A stretch of DNA of 64,000 nucleotides from Lepidodermella squamata (taxonomy: Eukaryota; Animalia; Gastrotricha), in contig JBLDXI010000029.1 in NCBI GenBank assembly GCA_047495785.1, positions 372,001-436,000 on the forward strand, written 5' to 3'. This document shows, piece by piece, positions 22,125-32,845 of this stretch (its first letter is position 1; every line of letters begins with the position of its first letter). The translations under genes were made by a program, and so were the position numbers. The notes under the pieces were generated by a model that was given only the letters and a program-made list of their open reading frames with translations, did no database searches and was not told the origin of the DNA.

Positions 22125-23039
22125 TATAACCAACCAGCCGCCTGTCTCATATTCGACTATCCGTATTCTGCAAAGCTATTTAGACTACCCGCATCGTTTA
22201 TTACACCACCTGCCCACGAGCCAGTCTCTGCTCTCCTTTCAAAGAAAAAATACTTGTTCGTGTAGTCTTCTTCATTGATGATAATGATTTCGACAGAAAA
22301 AATGAATCGATTAAAGTAATGATGAAGTTCACGCGATGGTTACCACGCGAGTCCTGGTTTTTTCTTCTTTCACAGATCACGGGCGATGATAGGCCGAAAT
22401 CGTTGTTTTTACAATAAAAAATTACAATAAATGATGAGTAATAAAGCGAAATTGTCCGCAGCCATCGTGATGCCCTGGCGAGTTTTGCGGCTGCGACTTC
22501 AGCCGGGTGGAAAATCGATTGCCGGCGAATGGGAGATTAAATAATGAATTGAGGTCGAAATCAGCCGAGCGGAAAGCGCGATTAGCGATCGCGCCCGCTG
22601 CCGATTTTTTGATCTTGTTCCACGTGCCAAGACTCGGAAAAATTCTGTTATAGCCTAATGAGTGTCCCACTGGATAACCGCAAAATGGAAATTTATCCGG
22701 GAGGTAAATTTTACCGCTTGGCAGAAAATGAGCATAATATATTCGAATTTGTTGTGAACAATGGGAATTCGAGTTGACACAATCAATACTGTCAAATGGG
22801 GTGACTTCGGCAGACAAAAATCATCCTAAAATTTGTGGGTTCACTACATGCTTCTGCACTCTTAGTGTCGGACGTTGCTCGGATTGCTTATTAGGTCCGA
22901 AACAGGCATATGCAAACTTCTAATAAGTTCCTCGTCAGTTCTTTTCTTTGCCTTTTACGGCTGTTCAAAATTGTAACCAGCTAGCAGAAACTGTTCTTTG
23001 GGAGTACTTCAGTATATGACACAGTAGGACACTAATAAA

Positions 23040-23242
23040 CCAAGAAATTTTTACATTTCATGACGTCAAGACCCAGAATAGATCGACGCGCTCTGCATCG
23101 GGCAGGCTTCGAGCTGGCTTATTACGCCAACCCTGACAGGGTGACTGGAAAACCTGAGCGTAGGAAATGCACTATACCCGCCTCTCTTTCGCCGCGTCAT
23201 CAGAGCGACCCAGTTCACAAAATCATACTGTCAAAGAAATAG
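23040..23242 (+). pseudogene. Inverted fragment of the SOCS-box family gene
   Basis: KKFLHFMTS..RAGFELAYYANPDRVTGKPERRKC matches EKFVDFATS..RAGHELACYANPDNVSRNPERMKC of ORF 25674-26885, but on the opposite strand and then frameshifted. Confidence 0.75.
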
Positions 23243-23703
23243 TTATATTCTGGAAATTTTTTTTTTTTATTTTCGACTTTTCAATTTTATTCACTTCACT
23301 CAGCAGTTGCAACAACCAGAAAAAATAAAATTGTGTAGTCGTTGTATGATCTAGATTCATAGGCGGACGATAAAAATAGTTCGGTCAGTTACAACAGAAT
23401 TTTTTTTACCCCATGGATAATATATTTATATATTTTTCAATGGAAGAAAACAACGTCTCCGCAATTGTGCCGGCTCTATCTGACTGCACAGGCGTGTCCG
23501 GCAGGGTCCAATTGACCACCTGAATTATTAAGAAAAATTGACGAAGCGGTAGCCTAGCTAACGAATTCCATGAATTCAATTGGTATTCGAATGAAACTTT
23601 CAGTGAAATCAGAAACTGATAGGAAGTATGCGTGTGAGGGCCAATTTTCCGACTCGCTCCTTAATGTGCTAGAATATTTAAAAATTGGACTTCTTTGTTG
23701 GGC

Positions 23704-24276
23704 TTACAAAATATTCTGCCATGGAAGGGTCAATGCGGATTTGCAAGGATTTCGGAATTTGCATCCGCATCCGCATACGATAACCTTACCGAAATTTTCG
23801 GCTAAAATCAGATGAGTTTGTTTTCCCATGCTTTTGTTTAACAGGCGGACGAGGAAGCACAGCGGAGTGGCATCCTTGACCACAGCAATCATTTTGAGAA
23901 GTTCATCAGTCAGTTCGTACTGCGAGCAGAAGCTGAGAAAAATGAAGCTATAAGCATCGAATCGAGTCGTCAACTTTTGAGCCATGAATTTGCCGATTTG
24001 TTCCACAAACGAAATCGAGTAGATATCGGAACGGAAGCTTATCTCAAGATCCATGTTCTTCACGTCAACAGTTACTGTCGCCTGAGCCATCGCGCGACGG
24101 TTGGAAGTTGCCGATATAAAGCCGATATAAAAAGGCTCATTTAAAACAGCGGAAATATCTTCTGCCAAAGCGTCCAAGGCGGCTGAAATCGCGTTAAATG
24201 GCAATGTCCTTTCGCATGCACAGCCAGCAGAGTATCGAGAATCGTTCATGATATTTTTGAAAATAGACGCTTCCAA
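23704..24276 (-). pseudogene. Truncated paralog of the SOCS-box family gene (N-terminal half)
   Basis: Clear similarity (F.AISAA..ALAEDIS..LNEPF..GFISATS.RRA..NMDLEISFR..FDA..FIFL.FC.QYEL.DEL); diverges after ENFGK and has no SOCS box. Confidence 0.7.
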
Positions 24277-25673
24277 AATGAATAAAATATCTAGCTTGCA
24301 GCGACTATTGCTTTTTCGGTAAAACGGTTCATCTTTCTCCGCACAACAATGTTAGTGCAGTAGCAGTAGCTAAAGAGAATTTGAAATATTCGAGACCTTT
24401 TACTTTTTATTGATAGCATCATTCGCCATGCAACATATATTTTCGCTTATATCGTCAATTAAATTTGGTGGGGGTATGACGTCGAAGAAGCTATGAGGAA
24501 GAACAGCGAATGCGAAAAAGCTGTTATATTTTTATCACAATGCAGTGTATATTTTGCTATTGGGCAGTCGCTGTAATGTCGCAATTATCGCTTTTCGCTG
24601 TTTTGTCACGTTCTTTGTTTGGGTAGTTGCTGTTTGTGGTTGTCTGCCATGCGGTGACTATATAAAGGTATATAGAGGTGGAGTTTCTACTCCTGACAAA
24701 AAGCCACAGGCCCCAGGTGTTGAGACGAATCAGCATCGAGTGGTTGAGAAAAGAAACAAGTTAAGTGAGCTTTCAATTCCTGATTTCTCATGTTTGGTAA
24801 TTAGTAATTAGCGTATCAGAAATTTCGGCGGCACCAGATGGTACCTTGGGATGGCGCAAACGATTTGTTCATCGTTTCATGAGCTATTAGGAATTGGCGG
24901 GCATTATTGATTGATGTGTTTCAGCCTACAGGAGAAACAGGCGATCGAAAAAATGACCAAATGAATCAGTTTTATTTTTCGTCCTCCGTAGGCATGTGAT
25001 GTTAATGTTAGAGAGTAGAAAAAAGGCTTTACCCGTGAGGGTTTAGGGGACGGCTGACGACAGGCGATCGGCTTCAGGGGCCGACAGATCGGTCGCGAAC
25101 AACCTGCTTTTGCCCAAAAATTCATAATTTTCGATGCTATTACACACTAATTGCCATTCATCCCGATCTCTGGCATTTATTTCCGCTAATTCTAGATCCG
25201 CAATTTTGTGAATTTCAGTGCGTCGCATTAACAGGGTCGATCGAAAAATAACTTGATAATTTATTTTCTTTTCAAGAATTTCCTTCAGCCAGTCACCGAA
25301 AATATCAATTTTCAAGAATTTCCTATCAATGGCGTATTAACTGTGGCGATTTTGGGCGAAGTCGCCGAAATATCACTCGAATTTCCAAGTTGATGAAGCA
25401 CTGAGAAATAGTCCTTAGAATGACGCGAAGCTTTTGGTAATTCGTCTGATCGAATCTGATGGGAATCTCGCGTGTCTGGGATTCAAACTTGAAAATTAAA
25501 GTTTTCTTGGCAAATGCTGTTGACGTCGTTGACGAGGCCTGCTTTAATGAGTACGGGATTCCTTACTAAGGATTCAACCTTTAGGCGAAATTTCTCTGCG
25601 TCAAGGAGTGAATATTCTAAATATAACAAGACTGATATTGTTAGGTATAATATATTATTTTTGCAATCATTAT

Positions 25674-26885
25674 TTATTCATTAAACAAATCTGAAAACTC
25701 AAGGTAGCCCTTCAATACTTTTGGAAAGTCAAGTTTTTGTATGGCATCTCGTCTCTTGCGGTACCCAATCGGCAATAGGCGGAGGATCGCAGTTCGTGCC
25801 AGCATCTGAAGGTTCCCATTTTTGAGCCGAAAGCGGCGAACATTCTGCTCAGAAATCATATGGCAATGTGACAGTATTTCATAAAATATGCTCAGTTTCC
25901 TCCTTCCATCTTGCGAATGACAATGATCGAATTGGAATGATTCAACATCGCACTGGAAATTTGTTGTAAACTGGTTCGCTCTTATGCCGCTGCGAAGGAG
26001 GAGCGCGATGCATTTCATTCGCTCAGGGTTTCTGGATACGTTGTCAGGATTAGCATAACAAGCCAGCTCGTGTCCAGCACGTCCCATACTGCTTTGGCAA
26101 AGGCTGGATGTCGCAAAATCTACAAATTTCTCGCGCACTTCCACAGAACAACGTCGTTGTAATATTAGATAGGTCATTTTAACTAGGTACATTTCCGACC
26201 AGTCGTGAGGGCGAGAAATGTATTGGTCAATCACCAAGCTAAAGTTGGCTTCAGCCTGAGCAACTTTGGCGGCGTCTGAGCGGCGAAGAGCGTTGAGGCT
26301 CCTCCTGATATGGAAGCGTATCTCGAAGATTGCTGGTAACATTTCACCGAAATTCAGGATCAAAAGTGGAAAAATGCGTGAGCTATTTTCGATGCTCTTC
26401 TTGATGAGATGCTCGAGGAAGCACATCGGAAGCACATTCTTGACAACACCAATAACTCGTGCCAACTCATCGTCCAGTTCGTATTGCAAGCAGAAATTGA
26501 GAAATATACAGGTGTTAGCGTCGAATTGGGGTTTCACTCGTTGAGCCATGATACCACAGACTTTCTTTGAGAACGTGACTGAGTCGAATTCTTGGCGAAA
26601 GCGTATTGAGATATCCATGTTAGCCTCGTGAACTGTCACTATCATGTCGGATGCCGCAGAGCTCGATGGCTCGATGGCTCGACGGGTCGAAGTAGCTGAT
26701 ATGAAGCCTGTTCGAAACGGCTCGTTGATGGTAGACGAAATATCTTCAGATAACGCGGCAAAGGCCGCAGATATTGCATGAAAAGTTATAACCGATCCGC
26801 ATGAGCAATTTCCGATTTCGCTCATGGTATAATTAGATTCACAAGTACTCAGTTGTAAATTCTTGGGCCATGGCAAACTTGGCAC
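25674..26885 (-). CDS. Intronless protein with uncharacterised N-terminal region and C-terminal SOCS box (putative Elongin BC-cullin adaptor)
   Basis: 403-aa ORF ending NLQMLARTAILRLL...DAIQKLDFPKVLKGYL (BC-box plus cullin-box pattern); three paralogous fragments nearby. The true start may be the internal Met (MSEIGNC). Confidence 0.75.
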   Translation of the reverse strand: MPSLPWPKNLQLSTCESNYTMSEIGNCSCGSVITFHAISAAFAALSEDISSTINEPFRTGFISATSTRRAIEPSSSAASDMIVTVHEANMDISIRFRQEFDSVTFSKKVCGIMAQRVKPQFDANTCIFLNFCLQYELDDELARVIGVVKNVLPMCFLEHLIKKSIENSSRIFPLLILNFGEMLPAIFEIRFHIRRSLNALRRSDAAKVAQAEANFSLVIDQYISRPHDWSEMYLVKMTYLILQRRCSVEVREKFVDFATSSLCQSSMGRAGHELACYANPDNVSRNPERMKCIALLLRSGIRANQFTTNFQCDVESFQFDHCHSQDGRRKLSIFYEILSHCHMISEQNVRRFRLKNGNLQMLARTAILRLLPIGYRKRRDAIQKLDFPKVLKGYLEFSDLFNE

Positions 26886-27154
26886 ATTATATAAGCATCG
26901 CTTCTAAAATAATAAGTGTCAGAAGAGGTAAACATTAACATATCTAATAAGAGCTGAAAGTTGAGCATGTTATAAAGCGTTCGATAGCTGAAACAACTAT
27001 TTCCATGTAGAAAATTATAATCATGCAGCAAAGGAAAGTAAGCAATAACAGCAAAAACAAACAGCAATTCAGGCAGCTAAAACGGTCGAGATTCACTTAA
27101 TTGGAAACAGAAAAAAATCAAGTCGCGTGCCACTTTTCCCCTGATTTATCGTTA

Positions 27155-27270
27155 ATAATTGCTCTTGTGAGCGATTGCTCTTAAATCGGTTGCTCTCTTT
27201 TTGGTTTCTCTTAATGCATTGCTCTTTAATTGTTGCTCTTAGATCGCGTGATCTTTAGTCAGAGAACCTT
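27155..27270. repeat. Single arm of a TTGCTC-subrepeat foldback element
   Basis: Spaced TTGCTC(T) units ending in AGAACC, like the right arm of the element at 40172-40450. Confidence 0.5.
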
Positions 27271-27964
27271 ATAAGGTCTGCAAATGACGCAGCCTCTTGA
27301 ACTTCCTTTCTCATTTCGCATTTTGTTATGCTTCGAATTAGTAGTTGCTTATTTAAGAAAACATCGGATAATTCGGATAATCTTTTGATTCATTCAGGAT
27401 CCAGTTTCCAAATAGCATCCCGTCTGCCGTGGTCAGTTTTTGGGATTTGATTGATTTGATTGATTTTGGGGTCATATTTGCGTGATTTGATTTTGAAAGA
27501 TTCAATTTTGGTTACAGACGATTCGATTTACAACCCAACATCGATATTAGATTGATCTGTGACGTTTTGGAATTAAGTAAAATAATTGAAAAGCATCGTT
27601 TGAAATATTTCGGTGCCATAATTCGCTATGGGACAAGAAATTAGAGTTAAGGTTTGGGTAAACTTGTCCATTTTTTTATTTTCGGTAGAACTTTTCCGTC
27701 GCTGCTCAGGCGAATCCGACTCGTATAAATAATCAAAAGCATATGCCATTTTCAGAGAACCCATCTTTCAGGCTATCCAACGGTACCTTTACCAATCCAC
27801 CTTCGATTTTTGATATGCTAAAGTCGCCCCATTTTGGTGGGAATGCTAATGTCACCCCACTGTGCAAAGTCACCCCAATTTACGCTACCTAAAAGTATCA
27901 AGTATCGGTTTATTAATCGTTTATTGCTGTTTACAATGCGTTACCAGCCGCTATATGTCTGGTC

Positions 27965-28432
27965 TCACCGCAATTTTTCGGATAAAATCTGATGAATTTG
28001 TTTTCCCATGCTCTTGTTTAACAGATGGTTGAGAAAGCACAGCGGAATGGCCGCATCATCTACCATTTTGAGCAGTTCATCGGTCAGTTCGTATTGCAAG
28101 CAGAAGCTGAGAAAAATGAAGCTATGGGCGTCGAATCGAGACGTCAATTTTTTAGCCATAATTTCGCTGACTCGTTTCGCGAACGAAATCGAGTAGATAT
28201 CGGAACGGAAGCTTATCTCAAGATCCATGTTCTTCACGTCAACTGTTACGGCCATGTCGTACGCCGCATGCGCCATCGCGCGATGGCTCGAAGTTGCCGA
28301 TATGAAGCCTACTGTGAAGGACTTGTTTAAAATGGTAGAAATGTCTTCCGCTAAAGAGTTGAAGGCGGCCGAAATTGCTTCAAACGGCAATGCCCTTTCG
28401 CATTCGCAATCGTCGCTGCGAGAATCATTCAT
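27965..28432 (-). pseudogene. Truncated paralog of the SOCS-box family gene
   Basis: Highly similar to 23704-24276 (MNDSR..CER.LPF.AISAA..NMDLEISFRSDIYSISF..LLNKSMGKQ); ends abruptly at about the same point. Confidence 0.7.
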
Positions 28433-28888
28433 TCTTATAAAATGGACAACTATGAAAAAATAAAAAATAAATAAATAGGTTCCTATAAGAAATATTTCAC
28501 CTAATGCAATCCTAAATTGTTATAGCCCACTCGATCGGCACAGTGTAACCTGTTTCATGTGCGGCTTTCCTTTGCACAAAATCCAAGCTTCATCAGCTTA
28601 ATACTGTGTTTCAGAAAAAAATGCTCAGCTATAATCGTAAACAATTCTTTCAGGCCTTTCTTATCGGGCAGCAGCGAAACGCCAGATAAGCGAACTCAAG
28701 GAACAAATAATTCGGTGCTGGATAATGGGACTAGGCATTATTTGGCGCCAGATGCTCGGGCTATTCGTCAACCGCTTGAAGCCGGCCTAGTCATCGGGGT
28801 CAAGACCATTCACTATGCGAATATTATTCTCATTTTTAAAGGCTTGACATGCCGTAGATTGGATTGGGATACCTAAAGATTAGCAATT

Positions 28889-30478
28889 GGGTCCAAGTAT
28901 CTTCGCCAATTAAAATGAGGTTCCAGCACTGAATTTAAGCGTCCTGGCGCTTAATTTTTCAGATTCTCTGCGATTTCGGCGTTATCGGTTTCCGATGCCC
29001 TCCCTGATCCTAGGATTTCAAATTTTAGCTATATTGCGCCCTAAAATACGAAGAAAAATTATTGATTTCGAGTTCCAAGACGGCTAATATCGAGAAATCA
29101 CTGATTTGTAAAATCGATACTTGAATCGATATCGGCTCTGTAGGATGAAGTATATCCGTAAACTGACCACTCGTAGCGCAAAATACGCGTAATATGAAGT
29201 CTATCGTTTAGGCATAATTATAATATATTGCCTTAGTTGTAATTTTAGTCAGCGGGCGGATTTTTGGTCGGAGGCCGCCAGGCCGGAGACCAAAATCCGC
29301 CAGCTGACTAAAATTGCAAATAAGGCAATATACTTATTATCACCCATCTGCGACTTGTCCTAGTAGTAATCCGCGTCACGACGGAAAAGAGACTGATTTT
29401 TTTCCTTTGGACTAAGACACATGGACTTCGTAAACATTAGTCGGGCTTCATTTTTCCGAATTTTGATTTGAAAGCTACTAGCATGTTTTAAGCTGAGTTT
29501 TGGAGGTTTGAATAGATTCTTTTTAACCGAAAGTGGCAAGAACGGCTCAATTATTTTCAGTAATTATTGAGGTTTCAGGTGATGTAGATTTTCAGACCTA
29601 GCTCTATATTATCTACTGTAAATACAATTCCGTTTTTTGTTTAAATACAGTTTTTAGACGATAAATTTCAGTTGCCATCAAACTGCTCTTAAATTTATAT
29701 AGGGATCTAACCCTATTACTCTTTCCGGCCTGCAATTCAATATTCATGGCATTGCTATTGATTTCAAATTAAAGTACCAGCTGATCAAAAATTGTCAATT
29801 GGCAAATCCAAAAATTTTGATTACTGATGACAACGTTGAACAAATTAATCTAAAATGAATGAGAACGGTATCTTTTCCTCAAACCTGTTCTAATCTCTTG
29901 AATTCTGGAATTATTCTGAATCTCAGCGTAGAAAACGGGGTGAAGGTGAATTTTATAAGTCAAATTAGAACGAATTTTTGTCTCCATTCAATATTGATTT
30001 ATTGCTAATGGAATATTCATTTCATTAGCCAGGCCATTTTAGTTAATTTTTTGCTATTTTCAACGTGACCTTTTACCTTTACCTAAGCCAGGAATATGTT
30101 GGAGCATGCTCTATTTTCGCCATTTTCTCCTTAACCTATTTTTTGTCCTGTCTCTTTGTGGTTGTCTTAATTTTTGCTCTGCCATCTGACGGCAACTGAG
30201 TTGACCTTCGTTCGAGTTAAGACAAATCAGACCGGCGGCTCGCTCATAAAATCCGCCGGTCTGATTTTAATCCGAACAATGGTCAACACAGTGGCCGACT
30301 GATTTTAGGACCAAGGCATAAATAATTTCAGAGGGGTGATAATAAAAATTCGTTTAGACTCCAGTGAAGTTTAGAACTTCGAAAATCCATATTTTGGGGA
30401 AATATAGTGCAGGATGCAGGAGTCTCAAATTTAGTGATGGAACCCTAAATTTGAGGTGCGCACTTAGCACACCCATTA
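28889..30478. mobile_element. Interspersed repeat (MITE-like) copy 1, split by a nested insertion
   Basis: 28889-29218 plus 30341-30478 align colinearly with 41935-42388. Confidence 0.8.
29219..30345. mobile_element. Non-autonomous hairpin-ended element (Crypton-like architecture)
   Basis: ~45-bp-arm hairpin at 29224-29332; 17-bp inverted repeat 29334-29350 / 30329-30345; second hairpin at ~30195-30297. Absent from the sister repeat copy at 42 kb. Confidence 0.7.
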
Positions 30479-32845
30479 GAAATTATCCTGACAACCACAT
30501 ACCGTAAAATGGTTTTTGAGTTTGGCCGTGTTTTCCCACGGTAAAGCATCGCAAATCCATCATTATTTCTGCTGAATAGGTATCACTTCGATTTCTTCGT
30601 TCCCTTGCAAAAAAATCAGTTGTATACAAACTGGTTTTATCAAGTCGATTTCCATGTCTTTATTCTTCTAAATCGTAATAACGTTCATAGAAAATTCAGG
30701 TAAAATGTTTCAGCCATGGGTAAATACTTATTAAAAAATCGCCATTATAATCCAGCATTCGAATAATAACATCAGGTCAGTATCACAATCGGTCATAATT
30801 AGATATCTTCGATAGAAAATAGGTCGATAATTTACGAGGTAAAAACGTCGGCGGTTCATATGCGTTGCTTTACGAATTAGGTACGTATCACCCCGATAAT
30901 TATCCTGACTTGAGCTTGTAGACTTGATCTCGCCTTCCCTTCTGTTTAAGCACCGCTAAAATTAAACCTTTGAAAATAAAAATTATAGTAAGTACCCCAT
31001 ATTACCTGTGATAAGAATAATTATAAATTAAAATTAAACCTTACCATATTGCTCGGATATCAGCTATATTTACATAACCTAAATAAGGTTAATTCAATCT
31101 GTCCTTCTCGAAAAATTAATTAAAATAATTAGGAATAAGACTAATCATTACATTTTAATTTTATTTATTTATCGTTATCGGTACCATTAATTATCATTAA
31201 CGAGTGGAACTTTATTCAGAATAGCAGGTAAATTAAATTATGTAATTAATTAAATATATAACTCTGCTAGGCGCGAAAAACAATGCAAGGAAAACACGTA
31301 GGAATAGTTTCATTTTTCCGAGAATTCGAGTCTAAATCGAGTCCCTTCTTCGATCATGTGCAGTAGTAGTTTCTCGCTCTTTCTAGGGCTGAAATTGTAC
31401 ATCGCACAGGTACGTAAAACACTCACACAGCTTAACGGTTGTTTTTTTTCAAAAGACTTGACTAAGCAAAACAAACAAAAAAATAGGTGCGATCGATAGA
31501 AAAAAGCCTAACTTTCGGCGGCTCTCGTTCATCATGTCGTTTAAAAAACGAAGAGGAGAAAAACGAAAAACACAATTTTTCAAGCCATGAAGTATGAATA
31601 ATAAGCAGAAAGCCGGGGAATTATTATTTCATCATCATCAGTTAAACAACATCGTATCATCATAGAAAAAGGTGTGAGCATATTTTTAGACGGATTAATA
31701 ATTATATAACTTAATCGACCCAAGCCCGCGATTGAAAGTCCCTCGGTAATTACATAGTACACACACAATTGTTGTAACACATTTTCAACAGGTGTTTTTC
31801 GAAGAGATTGCGACGCGACGACGGGGAAAAGTGTGTTGACGATAGACATACAAAAAACTCGAGCTGCTTATATACTGCCCATTTTGTTTTGTTTAAAACT
31901 AAAAATAACCGTGTGTCGTGTCTCTGCTGGAGTTGCTGATGTTGTTTTCTGCTACACGGTAGTTACATGCACATTTATTTCCGTTTTTAGGCATCATAAT
32001 TGAAGTTATAATAACATTTAATTGCGTGTTTAGTATCAAAAGAAACGAAAGAAAACGAAACGAAAAACCAGATACACACATTATTTATAGGCGAAAGTAG
32101 TTAGTAGTAGTTAATAACGGTTAAGAAGATGAAGGTAAGAGAAAGTTTTCCAATAATTATATACGTGATTTTATTTGTTGTTATCAATGAAAGCCCCCCG
32201 TTATTTTGTAGTCGTAGTTGTTGAACTTCCGAGCAATTTTAGCTAGATTTACCACCCGGTCTTAATTAAATTATAGACGGTATAAAATATCATCAGCGAG
32301 ATTTAATCATGGCGACACATAAATACTGCCGAATAGCCTGCCCAAGGAAAAAAGTGACTCCCTCCCATCATCAGTCTCATGGAACAGACACAACCCAGAG
32401 CACCCAAAATATGAATTATTTCAGCTAACGCGAACCACCCAACAATAGAAAAAAGCTAACGATAAAATAAGCAACGATTCTTCAGGCCGACCCGCTTAGA
32501 AGGTACACTTTCTAGGCTCAGCGTGCATATATAGGTACTTTCGTATAATATTAGCGAAATAGGAGCAATTTAACCATAGAGGATGAGTGTGCACATTTTA
32601 TCGCTTATAAAATATTCGATTTTATATTTAATAAAAAACGCCATGTCGGAAAAATATATATATTTTTGCAAAAATTCTAAATTTTTCAGTGAATTTTTCA
32701 ACATGGCATTTTGTATTAATATTAATAATAATATATTCATCAATAATAAAACTCGGCCTATAGATGTTAGTTTTTATGGCTAGTTAATATAACGATTATT
32801 ATATGATATTTACGTTCCACTCATATAATAACACTCGTAGTATCC

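Noticed and set aside
22422-22817. 131-aa minus-strand ORF
   Set aside because: Non-ATG start, no recognisable domain, and it abuts the NDUFB7 3' end.
24900-25620. Coding-like minus-strand fragments (e.g. ORF 25043-25315)
   Set aside because: Multiple stops and frameshifts and no recognisable family; possibly a decayed gene but not supportable.
30481-30910. 12-bp direct repeat AATTATCCTGAC flanking ~400 bp
   Set aside because: Could be a TSD, but no TIRs, poly-A tail or second copy define an element.
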